Notes: generated from the letters alone by a model not told the origin. Positions 34,801 to 45,017 are shown, numbered from the stretch's first letter. The stretch is 64,000 nt of DNA from a virus (IMGVR_UViG_3300022752_000022:85599-149598), one strand, 5' to 3'. Translations and numbers: made by a program.

Positions 34801-37800
34801 GTATACATCTCATCTGGTGTTTTATTGCCAGAATCAATAGCACCGCCCGCAGTGGGATCACTATTACCGTTTACATAAATTGCCCAAGTAACTCTTGGAT
34901 CTGCTTTACTACCACCTATGAAGCTTCCTAAGAAACTTCCTACAATTGGTCCAAGTGGTCCTAGCCACGGAGTTAAGAATGTTCCTAGATATCCACCGAG
35001 TGCTGAACCCGCAGCACCTAAAATGTCGCCTTGGAAAAGTTTAATGATTGCGCCAGCATAAGGAAGAATCCCACCTGCGCTAGCTGCTAAATCTCCAAAA
35101 ACGCTTGATCCTGCTGATGCTATAGCATCACCGCCAATATCATATGCAACGCCAGCAACGGTACTAGCATCTATAGCTGCTGCACTTAAAATCGCAGATT
35201 CTGCCGCTGTGCCAATATACGAATCTAGTGCTTCTACTGCATTGAAAGTTGCATCATCGGCTATATCATATACTGCACTAGAGGCCGCCGCGCCCGTATT
35301 TCCAAATATTGACGTTGTTCCAGGTTCTATATAACCCGTTAAATCAGTCGTCGCTGTTGTGGTTCCAAAATCATTGTACGGAGTTAAAATGCCAGTTGAA
35401 GTCGGCATCGTTATATTCGTCCCTGGACCAGCTAATCCGACTTCGCCTGGACCATAGCCGGATGGACCACCAGTCTTAAATGGATTAAGATTACTAAAAT
35501 CTCCAGTTTTGAGTGCTGTAGTAAGCCCTGTATCTTTTCCTAAAAATTTACTTGCAACATCACCGTAACCTAATGCGCCCGCACCAAATTGTAAACCACT
35601 CTTTATGAGGTAATTTGCGCCCTGTTGTGCTGCAAGTTTAACATAAGGATTCTTTATATTTTTTGTAAGTGCATATGCTGCATAATTTGTAGCTAAATTT
35701 CCACCAACTTTCATTCCTGTGTTCAGAATAGCGTCACCCCACGACATTTCTCCTGACCATGCTTTTCCTAAATCTTCAAAGAAACCGCCACCACCAAACA
35801 TACCTCCACCAGTTCCACCACCCATACCGCTGAATAAACTTGCAAGTAAATTAAATCCCCATTGCAGTATTCCACCTAAGCCACCGCCGCCCATCAAACT
35901 ACCCATCACATTCGCTAATCCACCACCAACTGAGTTGAAAACATTACTTAAACCGGTTCCTAGTTGGTTAAAAAATCCTTCTTGTTGATTTGTTGCTGTT
36001 TCAGAAAAGTTTTCATGAGCTTTTAAAACGTTTGCATCACGGCGCGTCATCGGAAGACCGTCGTAAGTCGTAACTTTGTTTAAATTGTTTGCGCCAACGG
36101 GAGCATATCCATAAATATTTGTATCTTGAGATGATTTAGAGCCAAAAAGAAAATCTAATATACCGCCGCGGCCCTGTGCTTGCGAAGCGGAGCCTGGAAT
36201 CATGCCCATTGCACCGCCTAAAATTCCACTAAAATATTTTCCTGGATCAATTCGCCCAGTTATGAAATTTGTCAACTCTGCAATTTGATTAGTTGGTGAA
36301 GCACCAGGACCCAATGTACCAAATAAACTTGGAAATTCTTTTTGTAGGAATGCTAATCCTGAGGTTGCGCCTGTAGGAATTCCAAGCATTGAATAGATTG
36401 CTTGTTCACGACCAAGTTTTCTTTGCGCTTTTGCTTCTTTACCCCTACCTTTTGTAAGGATGTTTCCTAAAACTTGCTGAAAGCTATAAGGCTTACTATC
36501 ATCAAAACCTAACATTGAACCAAGTGCATTTGCACCTTTATCCAAAATTAAACTGCCAGCTTGAGAAAATATGTTTGCGTATTGACCACCAAACTGCTTA
36601 CCGAAAATTTTATTCGCCGTTGGTGTTATTTTTTTCTGAAGATCAATGTATTGAGAGATTCTATTTCCTAAGAATCCTGGGCGCCTATCTCTTTCTGTTT
36701 CCCTTGCTATACCACTTGGTATACCTCTTGGAAATATCGCTTTAGTGATGGTTGTTTTAATTAAGTCGTTAGTTGTTTTTTCAAACTGCTCTGTTAAACT
36801 TTTTTGTCTTTTCTGATAGTATTCTGAAAATTGATCTTGTTTTGGTGGAATTTCTTTTCCAAGCACTGCCAATTTAAAACTACGGGAGTTAGTTTCTAAA
36901 TTTTTGTTTTGATTTTCAATACCTTTAGCAGTTATTTTAGTATTTACTGCAATTTCTTTTGAAAATTTTACAATATCTAACAGCGGATCTTCTAAAAGAA
37001 GTGTTCCTCTTCCGATCGGAGCCACTGGATATCTTGCTGAAAGTCTAGATGTCTCATCTCCAGTATCTATTGATGCGCCTGGATATCTTGCTGAAAGTCT
37101 AGATGTCTCATCTCCAGTATCTATTGATGCGCCTGGATATCTTGCTGAAAGTCTAGATGTCTCATCTCCAGTATCTAAAACTCTTGATGTTGGCCCATCT
37201 GATCCACCACCGCCAGGTGGTGGAGGTGGTCCTGAACCATATCGCTGTGCTGAGCCTCTATTATCACCGTAAAAATATTGAACCGCTTTTTTACCGCCTT
37301 CCATTTCTGTGATTGCTCTTGCAATCGCAGGTATATCTTTTGGCGTTAATTTTTTATCAGGAGGAATACCAGTTTTTTCTGAAACAAAATTAATATAACT
37401 TTTAACGTCATTTTTATCACTTTTAGGTGCATATACAGGTATTATTTTTTCAATGGTATCAAGTTTTTTATATCCAGCTGCCTGTGATTTTCCTGTTAAA
37501 TAAAGATACAACTGCCTCTCTAATGCGCTTACACCCTCTTGTGGTGTTTTATATGTTTGAAATCCTGTGTTTGCGCCGGGAGATCTCATAGCACCAGGAT
37601 TATTTTGACGTACATTCAGAGGAACTTTTTCTCCTGACTTAAACATCGATTTTGTGTCATGTTCACCAGAACCTGAACCATATCGCTGTGCTGAGCCTTT
37701 ATCTGAAGAAGGCGGCTCATCCCAACCACCCCACTTGGGACTTTTCCACCAATCTTTAATATCTTTTATAAATTCAGGAACTTCTAATATCGCACCTATT

Positions 37801-38615
37801 GCTAGTCCTGCCCAACCCAAAACTCTTGCTATACTTCCTAAACCTTTTAAAATTCCACCGCCTCCACTAGGTAAATCGGGTGGCGATGGAATTTTCTGAT
37901 TTGGAAATTGTATTACTTTACCAGGCGGCTTTGGTGGTTGTTGTGGTTTTGGTTGAGTTGATGGCGCAGGCTGAGGTATTGGTGATGTTGTTGGAGCAGG
38001 CGCTCTAGGCTGCGATGGAGGTGTTGGAGGTGTTCTTCCTGATGGACCACCTGGTAAAGGAATTCTGTTTAATACGGATCTACCGAGACCGTAAGCTGCG
38101 GCAGCTTCCGCTACTCTTTTAAGAACATCAGGTGTTATAACATTTGATAATAATTTTCCAAAAAATCCGGAGTCTTTATCACCATCAACACCAAATTGCC
38201 CACCCATTGATCTGCCCTGCAACTTTTTAATTGCATCAATCAGTTCTTTATCACGAAGTGCTTTTTCTCTTTCGTTCTCTTCAGTAAATGCTGCTGCTGC
38301 ATTTGCTCTTTGTTCCGCTTTTGCAGCAAATCTTATTTGATTTGATAAATTTGCATTCACAGCACGAAGCTGTTTTACCATTTCAAGACTTATAACATTA
38401 TTAGTTCTCTGTTCTCTGACGGATTCAACTTCCGCTATTGCTTCTTTATCTTTTGATCCAGCATATTTTTTAAGGGTTGAAGCAAATCCAACAGCACCAG
38501 TTAATGCTGGCATTTCTGAAAGGACTGCCTGTTTAGCACCTCTAGCAAATCCTGAAACAGTTTCTGAACTTTTTTCGGCAGCGAGTTTACCTAATGCTGC
38601 TGCGTAATTAGCCAT
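31896..38615 (-). CDS. Giant tail tape-measure/baseplate-hub protein (gp29-like position) with lysozyme-like domain
   Basis: 2239 aa; Gly/Ala-rich helical stretches; RQNNPG...F.T...G..AL...YAP..D.ND...Y muramidase-like motif; two LHGTEAVVPL modules; adjacent to gp51/gp26. Confidence 0.75.
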   Translation of the reverse strand: MANYAAALGKLAAEKSSETVSGFARGAKQAVLSEMPALTGAVGFASTLKKYAGSKDKEAIAEVESVREQRTNNVISLEMVKQLRAVNANLSNQIRFAAKAEQRANAAAAFTEENEREKALRDKELIDAIKKLQGRSMGGQFGVDGDKDSGFFGKLLSNVITPDVLKRVAEAAAAYGLGRSVLNRIPLPGGPSGRTPPTPPSQPRAPAPTTSPIPQPAPSTQPKPQQPPKPPGKVIQFPNQKIPSPPDLPSGGGGILKGLGSIARVLGWAGLAIGAILEVPEFIKDIKDWWKSPKWGGWDEPPSSDKGSAQRYGSGSGEHDTKSMFKSGEKVPLNVRQNNPGAMRSPGANTGFQTYKTPQEGVSALERQLYLYLTGKSQAAGYKKLDTIEKIIPVYAPKSDKNDVKSYINFVSEKTGIPPDKKLTPKDIPAIARAITEMEGGKKAVQYFYGDNRGSAQRYGSGPPPPPGGGGSDGPTSRVLDTGDETSRLSARYPGASIDTGDETSRLSARYPGASIDTGDETSRLSARYPVAPIGRGTLLLEDPLLDIVKFSKEIAVNTKITAKGIENQNKNLETNSRSFKLAVLGKEIPPKQDQFSEYYQKRQKSLTEQFEKTTNDLIKTTITKAIFPRGIPSGIARETERDRRPGFLGNRISQYIDLQKKITPTANKIFGKQFGGQYANIFSQAGSLILDKGANALGSMLGFDDSKPYSFQQVLGNILTKGRGKEAKAQRKLGREQAIYSMLGIPTGATSGLAFLQKEFPSLFGTLGPGASPTNQIAELTNFITGRIDPGKYFSGILGGAMGMIPGSASQAQGRGGILDFLFGSKSSQDTNIYGYAPVGANNLNKVTTYDGLPMTRRDANVLKAHENFSETATNQQEGFFNQLGTGLSNVFNSVGGGLANVMGSLMGGGGLGGILQWGFNLLASLFSGMGGGTGGGMFGGGGFFEDLGKAWSGEMSWGDAILNTGMKVGGNLATNYAAYALTKNIKNPYVKLAAQQGANYLIKSGLQFGAGALGYGDVASKFLGKDTGLTTALKTGDFSNLNPFKTGGPSGYGPGEVGLAGPGTNITMPTSTGILTPYNDFGTTTATTDLTGYIEPGTTSIFGNTGAAASSAVYDIADDATFNAVEALDSYIGTAAESAILSAAAIDASTVAGVAYDIGGDAIASAGSSVFGDLAASAGGILPYAGAIIKLFQGDILGAAGSALGGYLGTFLTPWLGPLGPIVGSFLGSFIGGSKADPRVTWAIYVNGNSDPTAGGAIDSGNKTPDEMYTGAQKIGIMLFAMVKRVQLTLGGGPLAYDYFVLELHGKAKTAYLFVGNGTVRKHGDKEIWKAPIEDISKKEVFNSMADALLTAMTEQTAADKAKTAKASVSKLTKPELETGNVIGTGEEVKTVTGQTFANKFQAKFREAGYDGGGYDPEGGSMPGMYVPRQVYNAALDSMVDEESPLIFGYNKEGQAVDLQGNVVDFSKYATAAGFTGSTAVKEAYKEDYIGSGEDAGGTNYYARKVFNVKTGKYQEEENLKIVGYDREGNAVIKAKSGGVFSGSEKGYPAVLHGTEAVVPLPDGKTIPVKFSGKSIIDDTTKDDSENIEKSAKLLKSIEKNSKFLSSLSDILKIMKGEPGSVSSGPARASSTTSSDADPEDPIVKIVDSLANIEKYTKGFLNKQLQVQVTSSSPVTPTGNNAKTSQQQNLYGTYNWSEEEDRNARDYARANQPSGAYSALMNYQINRNSTGNTTGKDTAQIANEWWTNYGSSLKIGDFMYNPEYQSTQGTVLTRLSNDIFQISIDKEGKVSSISGPKVPQGKTGGILSGPDSGYPAILHGTEAVVPLPDGKTIPVSFGKSITENIQKIADNTQPLSKIQENTEEFVELQDPSTRKRALSATYKPLPGTPPEIKMYFFGATDGVGVTDGGLSKSAAPTTSVVPTTSVAPTTSVAQNSSTLKRGTIENKRLKKTFELPINWNTMDLSQRALWYSSNGFTGDDLRQSLGFSQYDVDQLDSALMEVSGPVKFFNPLTKNNWSEQEVLDINKSWGFYIMPGDGRIISVPNGVTRDSTGNYVPGGLDWKKMTLREKAQWFNDNSITPSMLLDKFPLSDIILLSKNGYKITQQDAENVLRASGDPVKYKQLMEGAGLPTPKILPTLNLQRGSGFTIDDVKRYQNEYGVDVAKNAPTFSVSAEEISAAKGYALETVSSVLAQGAAINNNSAVVNSGNVNNNTTIINNNSVDESQRYGRTAYEMIP
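37027..37177. repeat. 54-bp tandem repeat, about 2.8 copies (DTGDETSRLSARYPGASI)
   Basis: Units start at 37027, 37081 and 37135. Confidence 0.95.
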
Positions 38616-38620
38616 GAGTA

Positions 38621-39166
38621 TTATCCGCGGTCAAGTACGTTATCTGGATCCGCTTGTCTCATTCTTTCTAAATTTGGTACACCAGTTGCTGACACGGAAG
38701 ATTGTCTCGGTGATGACGGTGCATATGAAGACTGCGAAGACACAATTGGTGTAACGGTATCGTATGTTCTAGTCATTGATACGTTAGACGATGTTGAATT
38801 TGACATCATTCCACTTATAGCACTACCGCCAATTCCACCGCCAACATTAACCCCCACGCTACTTGAAGATGAATTTACACCAGCCATTTTTTCTTGGCCT
38901 CGTGACCACGCTGTAATACCAAGAACAGCGCCCATCGCTAAATGATATAATCCGCCGTTACTGAGTGTGAGTGGAACCCATTGTCTGAAAGCATCATTTG
39001 CGGCTTGTGTTTCCCAAAACTGAACAATTGTAAACATGATAGGAAACACAACAAAGTCAAAAACACAAACAAACATATATTGCCAACCCATCATAGGACG
39101 CCATTTCTTTTGCATCCAATCTTCAGCTGGTTTTTCTCCTTCTGCAAGTTTTTTTTCTTCAGCCAT
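38621..39166 (-). CDS. Holin-like membrane protein (3TM GTA-holin type)
   Basis: WMQKKWRPMMGW.Y...C.FDF...W.PLTL...H.AMGAVLG..AW.RGQEK. Confidence 0.7.
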   Translation of the reverse strand: MAEEKKLAEGEKPAEDWMQKKWRPMMGWQYMFVCVFDFVVFPIMFTIVQFWETQAANDAFRQWVPLTLSNGGLYHLAMGAVLGITAWSRGQEKMAGVNSSSSSVGVNVGGGIGGSAISGMMSNSTSSNVSMTRTYDTVTPIVSSQSSYAPSSPRQSSVSATGVPNLERMRQADPDNVLDRG

Positions 39167-39369
39167 TAACTTCCCCCTCTCATTTTCATTTTTTGATTTT
39201 GATCTTGTATTTTTTTATTTTCTTCTTCTATGAATTGAGAAAGTAACATAATATAAATATCACGTTCAAACGGAATCATTTCTTCCAATTCTCGTATACT
39301 ATATTTATGATGTTGCATGAGAGAGAAATTTATCTTGTAGTGATTCAGAAGTGTCTCATGCCCCATCAA
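39166..39369 (-). CDS. gp51: Baseplate hub assembly catalyst gp51
   Basis: NFSLMQHHKYS..ELE.MIPFERDIY. Confidence 0.88.
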   Translation of the reverse strand: MMGHETLLNHYKINFSLMQHHKYSIRELEEMIPFERDIYIMLLSQFIEEENKKIQDQNQKMKMRGGS

Positions 39370-40112
39370 AAGGCGAAAAAATTTGACATACCTTCAACTT
39401 CAACGGTGTCTTTTTCACCACATTTTTTACATGTCCAACTTACACTATGTTTTAATTTTGGCATTGTTTCAAAAAATTCAGCTAATTTTTCAAATTGTTT
39501 TTGTGAAAGATTATCAATAAAGTCCATAATTTCTTCTTCGGTTTGATCTTCTTTTTTATAGATTTCTTCTTTATCAAAAATATAGTCAATCGAATTCATA
39601 ATTGAAATTGTTGCTAAATCCAAATCAGTTTTAGCATCTGTCTTATTCAATGGATTCATGGTAAGATATTTCATTTTTACACCGATGCCAGTTTCTTCAT
39701 CAAGAATAATTTTATCTGTATGATTATCTTTTTTCGAAACCTCAATTTCCATCAGATTTACACTTATTTTCGTTTCACCATTACATTCTTTTCCACTTTT
39801 GTTTTTGAGGTTTTTATGTCTCATGATTAAATCAACAGTTTCTCCGATTGATTTAGCCCTTAATCTTGTAAAAAAGTATTCAACATCAAATGTAGGAAGT
39901 TTATCAACGTCTATATCATCAACTGAACAATTATTAATGATTTGTTTTATTGCATTATTAATGTCATTTTCTTCACCACTTTCTAAAGCGATCATCAGAA
40001 TTTTTTGTTCTTTGACAAGAAATGGTCGATATTTAATTGATTTACTTGTTGATGGTAAAATCAATTCAAAAATTGGTGCACTAATTTTAGGTAAAGGCAT
40101 AATATTCTCCAA
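39366..40112 (-). CDS. gp26: Baseplate hub subunit gp26
   Basis: MPLPKI..P, YRPFLVKEQKIL, FDVEY.F..LRAKSIGE, FFETMPKL, EG...FF. Confidence 0.92.
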   Translation of the reverse strand: MENIMPLPKISAPIFELILPSTSKSIKYRPFLVKEQKILMIALESGEENDINNAIKQIINNCSVDDIDVDKLPTFDVEYFFTRLRAKSIGETVDLIMRHKNLKNKSGKECNGETKISVNLMEIEVSKKDNHTDKIILDEETGIGVKMKYLTMNPLNKTDAKTDLDLATISIMNSIDYIFDKEEIYKKEDQTEEEIMDFIDNLSQKQFEKLAEFFETMPKLKHSVSWTCKKCGEKDTVEVEGMSNFFAF

Positions 40113-40129
40113 AAATAATTAAAAATTTA

Positions 40130-40690
40130 CTACTTTTTTGCTATATTTGATCCTGATAAATCAACATCATAATATCTGTAATTAAGTGTTACACTAAATC
40201 GCTGATAAGTATTTATCTCTTCCCAAGAAAGATTCATCGAACTAATAGATACAGGATATATATCATTGAGTTTATAAGTTATGAGAGACTCTCCTGAATC
40301 ATTAATTTGTTCTAATGTAAGTACATTACCTTTAGCATAATCATTATAATATCGTAAAAGACCGGAATTACTGTCATCGGTTTTTGTTTTTACGATGCTT
40401 TCAATCCAATTTTCAAAATATATTCTTTCAGCAAAATCATTTCCGCAAATAATTGTGATTTCAATGTCATTGTAATTTACATCATAGGGTATTTTTAATG
40501 GCGGACCTGATCCTATGTCATCAACGGTCGCAATTGTTCTTCCTGGTAACTCGGCTTTTTCACATCTAAAAGTAAAATTTGACGGTACTGGTGTATTCAA
40601 ACTGCTGGTTGTAAGAGTTGCTTTCCATAAATTTGGCCTTGCTACACCACTCGGAAATGCTGCTCTAAATTCTGATATTTTAAAAGCCAT
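40130..40690 (-). CDS. Tail-tube-like baseplate/tail tube initiator (gp54-like)
   Basis: ARPNL, CEKAELPGR, YP......LSW...N....F.V...YR. Confidence 0.75.
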   Translation of the reverse strand: MAFKISEFRAAFPSGVARPNLWKATLTTSSLNTPVPSNFTFRCEKAELPGRTIATVDDIGSGPPLKIPYDVNYNDIEITIICGNDFAERIYFENWIESIVKTKTDDSNSGLLRYYNDYAKGNVLTLEQINDSGESLITYKLNDIYPVSISSMNLSWEEINTYQRFSVTLNYRYYDVDLSGSNIAKK

Positions 40691-40693
40691 TGA

Positions 40694-41284
40694 TTATCCT
40701 ATCATATTTCTTGAGTCGTTCCATACACGATCTTTGGTTGCTTTTTTGAAATTTTCTGTTGGTAAAAACAACGCTATGTCCCATTCTTTAGATGATATCT
40801 GTAAAAAGTTTGATTTTATATGACTTCTCAAGTATCTTTTTAAAGTTGGTTTAAACATTTTGAATTTTGTTATACTTTTAAGTACATCGTAAGAAATTCT
40901 AACTTTTGTCGTATCATCATATTTTCTATTTGAAATCGTTGTGTATAAAGCATCCATTAATTTTGCTCTAAGTACAAGTGGCAAATAGTGAAAATTAATT
41001 CCTAAAAATCCATCGTTCAACATTTCTACTGGAAAAATTAATGGAAACTGATCATAATACGGAAGTTCATTTTTAAATTTTGGGTCATAAACAAACCCAT
41101 ACATGTATCCAAAAACAATATTATTTACCAGGCGTGTTTCATCTTTAAGCAAATTTTCTGAAGAAACTCTTCTTTTATATAAACTTTCTGCTGCTGAACG
41201 ATACCACTCCCTAGCAAATTTAGTTCTTGCAGGAGTAATGCCTTGTTTTATACCTTGTTTTAGAACGTTATCGAATATGGCCAT
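40694..41284 (-). CDS. gp2: DNA end protector protein gp2
   Basis: YDPK.K..LPYYDQFPL, GINFHYLP...RA.L, WDIALFLPT..F; GATAAATA late promoter at 41289-41296 (-). Confidence 0.92.
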   Translation of the reverse strand: MAIFDNVLKQGIKQGITPARTKFAREWYRSAAESLYKRRVSSENLLKDETRLVNNIVFGYMYGFVYDPKFKNELPYYDQFPLIFPVEMLNDGFLGINFHYLPLVLRAKLMDALYTTISNRKYDDTTKVRISYDVLKSITKFKMFKPTLKRYLRSHIKSNFLQISSKEWDIALFLPTENFKKATKDRVWNDSRNMIG

Positions 41285-41291
41285 TATCTAT

Positions 41292-41738
41292 TTATCTCAA
41301 TTCTTTCTCTGTTATGATTTTAAATTCCCAATTTCGATCTAAACAATATTCTTGTGCTGCTTTCCACTTCGCTTGATTGACTTCCCACGTGATTGCTTCA
41401 CGTAAAAATATTCTTGTTGGCTTACCTTCAGAAGATACTTTAGCTTTTGGCGGTGAAGTCTGAATTTTTGGTTTGATTTCAATCAGATTTTCACGAATTT
41501 TCCCATTTTTATCACAAAATTTGATATAAAAATCAGGAAAATATCTGTGCCATCTTTTGTCCACCGGAGAAATATAAGGCACAATGATTTCTTCCGAACT
41601 CCATTGAAGTACAGAACTTGTATCATCACAGTATTTCATAAATTTTCTTTCCAATAAACTTCTAAAAATGATCTTCGTTGGATCACCTTTATATTTTTGA
41701 TAATTTTTTGGTTTAAAATAACCCTTAAATGATGGCAT
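41292..41738 (-). CDS. gp4: Head completion nuclease gp4
   Basis: KYKGDP, RS.LE..FM..CD, WSSEE, HRYFPDF, EIKP, NQAKW.AA. Confidence 0.95.
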   Translation of the reverse strand: MPSFKGYFKPKNYQKYKGDPTKIIFRSLLERKFMKYCDDTSSVLQWSSEEIIVPYISPVDKRWHRYFPDFYIKFCDKNGKIRENLIEIKPKIQTSPPKAKVSSEGKPTRIFLREAITWEVNQAKWKAAQEYCLDRNWEFKIITEKELR

Positions 41739-41745
41739 ATAAATA
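41738..41745 (+). promoter_or_regulatory. T4-type late promoter
   Basis: TATAAATA upstream of the gp48-like gene. Confidence 0.75.
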
Positions 41746-41773
41746 CTTTAAAATATAAAAATAAGGAATTACA

Positions 41774-42760
41774 ATGGCAGTTTTCAGACCAAATATAGGA
41801 AATAGTGATACAATTTCTTCTCTGATTGGAGAAAATAATAGATTAGAATTTGGAACAAAAGAAGCACACGCCGATTTTACTATGCCTGTTGCTGCATTCA
41901 CATTTTATAACGCATTCGGTGAAGAATCTTCTGGATCAAAAGTATATATTCGCATGACAAGTTCTTTTGAAACATCGGCTAGAAATCAATATGCTGAAGC
42001 TGATGGCATATTTGGTCAACCATCGTCGTCTGGTACATCAACAATAACAGATGCTCTCGGCGTTCTTGCAGGAAGTGGTCTTGAAGCACTGCAAAGACAG
42101 GTTATCGGAGCACTCGCCGGAGGTGCTGGTTTTTTCGCATCTGGAGGACTTTCAGGCAAAAGTCAAATTGAATTTTTAACAAGAGAGGCAATAAATAATT
42201 TTACACAATTAGTTTACAGAGGACCGCAATTCAGGCCACATCAACTGTCATTTTTAATGAGGCCGACATCTAAAGATGAAGCAGAACAGATGATAAAAAT
42301 TATTGGTACATTTAAAGCTGCTTCTGGTGTTAGAAAGGGTCAACAAAATGATTATGCAGATATTTTAAGTTCTGCGTTAAGTGGTAGAGATGAAATAGAT
42401 GCTAGTGAAAAAGATAAAGAGGGAAATTTTTTAGTTTCATCGTCAGAAAACATAGACAGAGTTAATTTGAGTGGGGCGCTTCCAGGAGAAACAAACTTTA
42501 CATTTGGTTATCCTAATTTGTGTAGTTTCACACTAATTATGTATAAGAAGGAACTAATTGCTACTTTATTTGAATCTAAAAAATGTGTAATTGAAAGTGT
42601 CAATGTGACTTATGGTTCACAAAATAAACTTACATTTTTTGAAAATTCAAATGGAAAATATTTTCCTAGTGAAGTAAATCTACAACTTTCATTAAAAGAA
42701 ATTGTTTATCATACACATTCGGATTCCGTTGAGGAATTCAGTTCTAAAACAATTTTATAA
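41774..42760 (+). CDS. gp48: Baseplate tail-tube cap gp48-like
   Basis: N...QLVYRGP.FR...F...P.S..EA..I..F; CVIESV.V.Y; L.L.LKE; synteny. Confidence 0.8.
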   Translation: MAVFRPNIGNSDTISSLIGENNRLEFGTKEAHADFTMPVAAFTFYNAFGEESSGSKVYIRMTSSFETSARNQYAEADGIFGQPSSSGTSTITDALGVLAGSGLEALQRQVIGALAGGAGFFASGGLSGKSQIEFLTREAINNFTQLVYRGPQFRPHQLSFLMRPTSKDEAEQMIKIIGTFKAASGVRKGQQNDYADILSSALSGRDEIDASEKDKEGNFLVSSSENIDRVNLSGALPGETNFTFGYPNLCSFTLIMYKKELIATLFESKKCVIESVNVTYGSQNKLTFFENSNGKYFPSEVNLQLSLKEIVYHTHSDSVEEFSSKTIL

Positions 42761-42763
42761 AAA

Positions 42764-43300
42764 ATGTCTATTTTTAATTTATATCCAAAAATAGATTATA
42801 ATGTTTCCGATTACGATTTAATTGGTGCTATTGATATAACAACTTCACTTAGAATAAAATCTATTATAAAAAATTATTCATTAATTGCATCTGTTCCTTA
42901 TATTGTGTCTGATGGTGAAAGACCTGATCAAGTGTCAACAAACGTTTATGGAAATCCAAACTACGATTGGATTATTTTGATGACAAATGATGTGTATAGC
43001 ATTTACGATGAATGGCCAAAAAGTTCAGCCGTTTTAGAAAGATACATAAGAACAAAATATGGCAGTATATTAAAAGCTCAAGAAGTTGTAAAATACTACA
43101 ATACAAATGGAGATATTATAGACTTTACAACATATAATTCTTTATCAAGTTCAGAAAAATCTGCAATAACTATTGAAAGTGATTATGAACGTGAGTTGAG
43201 AATGAACGTTAATAAATCAAAAATTAAAGTTTTAAGACCGAATTTTATTTCAAAAATTGACTCCGATCTTAAATCTTCAATTAATTTACTCATAGAATAA
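42764..43300 (+). CDS. gp53: Baseplate wedge subunit gp53
   Basis: F..YPKIDY, DGERPD.VS...YG...YDWIIL..N...EWP. Confidence 0.9.
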   Translation: MSIFNLYPKIDYNVSDYDLIGAIDITTSLRIKSIIKNYSLIASVPYIVSDGERPDQVSTNVYGNPNYDWIILMTNDVYSIYDEWPKSSAVLERYIRTKYGSILKAQEVVKYYNTNGDIIDFTTYNSLSSSEKSAITIESDYERELRMNVNKSKIKVLRPNFISKIDSDLKSSINLLIE

Positions 43301-43301
43301 A

Positions 43302-45017
43302 ATGGCAATTATTGGACCAAATAATTTTGATTCAAATATCGGCACTCATTTGACCGGTAAAGTAAATATTGACATTTTAAATTTGAAAACGATTTATGGC
43401 GAAGTTGTTTCTCTTTTATCAGACTTTAATGGTATAGTTATTTCAGAAAATATGTTTTCCACTTCAATATTTGGAACGATTTCTGTTGTGGATAGAAAAG
43501 GTATTCTTGAAAAATTTTTACTTACTGGCGGTGAAGAAATTGAACTCAAAATATCAAAACAAATAACAAATGATCTTTTATTGTGGAGAAGAGATTTAGT
43601 TGTTTATAAAATTTCTAAATCAACATTAAATAATATCGATTTAAGCACGACATTTACACTTTTTTTTACAACACGATTTTTTGTAAAATCATCTAAAAGA
43701 AAAATTTTTAGATCATTTAAAAATACAACAGTTAAAAATGCGGTTAATAGTATATATTCCGAAATAACATCTAACGGCATATTAATTGAAGATGTTAATT
43801 TAAATTTTGAAAATCCTTATATTTGCCCGGGTCTTACTCCACATGATACTATAGATCAAATGGCAAAAATGTCTTGCTCAGACAAAAAATTTTATGTATT
43901 TTTTGAAAGGGCGTCTCCATTTGTATTTAAAAATAATGATGACAGAGATGCATCATCTCACTATTTTGGTAGTGTAGAAAATTTAATTAGTTCTCAGGGT
44001 AATCAAGTATTTAATATTGTGTATAAAGAGAACGAAAATTATGGAGTGGAAATAAATCTAGGATCAAATATAATTAAAACAAATAGTTTTTCAAGACTTT
44101 CTAATTTTAATCACATGGATTCAATGCTTAGTGGTGCGTATAACATTAAAGTTACATCAATTGATCCTATACAAAGAACATGGAATATTGTCAAAAAATC
44201 TTACGTCACCGAAGATGTAAATGGAGATTTTTATACAAATCCAATTATATCAAAAAATATATCTTTTTCTCAATTTGATGATCTCAATTATGAGTTTCCA
44301 GGAGAAAGACTTGTTGTATCAACAAAATTTGTAAGACATTCGAAAAATAATTGGTTATCTGAATATATGTATGGTTTTATTACAAAAAATATATTTAAAG
44401 TTGAAGTTGTAATTGAAGGTGGAACAAACAATATAGGAACAGGAACAGTTATAAATTTAAATGTTCCTTCACATTACAAAAAAATAATAAATTCAGAAAA
44501 TTCAAACATAGAAAATGATATTGTGTATTCTGGAAAATATATTGTTACTGCCGTTAAACATGAAATTACGCTTGAAAATTATAAAAAAACTTTAGAATTA
44601 AGCAGAGGATCAACTCCAATAAATCTCGGTAGAGTTACTCCGTCAACAACATCAAAATCAATTACAGACATCACCAATAAAACTGAAAAAACTTATACAC
44701 TTTTTGAAAAGAGAAAATATCCAAGTGTCGTAAATAAAACAATATCTGTTTCAATCTTAAAATCATCAATTGAAATTGTTCGAGAAGAAACAGGATTTCC
44801 AAATCAACAATCGCTTTCAATACTTTATGCGTTAGGAATTCAATTGTCTGGAAATCTTTTATCTGATAGATCATATAGAGTTTTAGCACAATCAATTAAA
44901 AATGGTGAATTCGTTAATATAGATGACGCAATTTATGTTACATATCCGGGTAATGTAAATAGATTATCTTCAACTGATGCAAGCACAATCAGAAACAAAA
45001 TACAGGAACTATTATGA
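43302..45017 (+). CDS. Baseplate hub protein gp27-like
   Basis: ISENMFS..I.G.I...D...GGEEI; YSGKYIVTAVKH; position between gp53 and gp5. Confidence 0.7.
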   Translation: MAIIGPNNFDSNIGTHLTGKVNIDILNLKTIYGEVVSLLSDFNGIVISENMFSTSIFGTISVVDRKGILEKFLLTGGEEIELKISKQITNDLLLWRRDLVVYKISKSTLNNIDLSTTFTLFFTTRFFVKSSKRKIFRSFKNTTVKNAVNSIYSEITSNGILIEDVNLNFENPYICPGLTPHDTIDQMAKMSCSDKKFYVFFERASPFVFKNNDDRDASSHYFGSVENLISSQGNQVFNIVYKENENYGVEINLGSNIIKTNSFSRLSNFNHMDSMLSGAYNIKVTSIDPIQRTWNIVKKSYVTEDVNGDFYTNPIISKNISFSQFDDLNYEFPGERLVVSTKFVRHSKNNWLSEYMYGFITKNIFKVEVVIEGGTNNIGTGTVINLNVPSHYKKIINSENSNIENDIVYSGKYIVTAVKHEITLENYKKTLELSRGSTPINLGRVTPSTTSKSITDITNKTEKTYTLFEKRKYPSVVNKTISVSILKSSIEIVREETGFPNQQSLSILYALGIQLSGNLLSDRSYRVLAQSIKNGEFVNIDDAIYVTYPGNVNRLSSTDASTIRNKIQELL

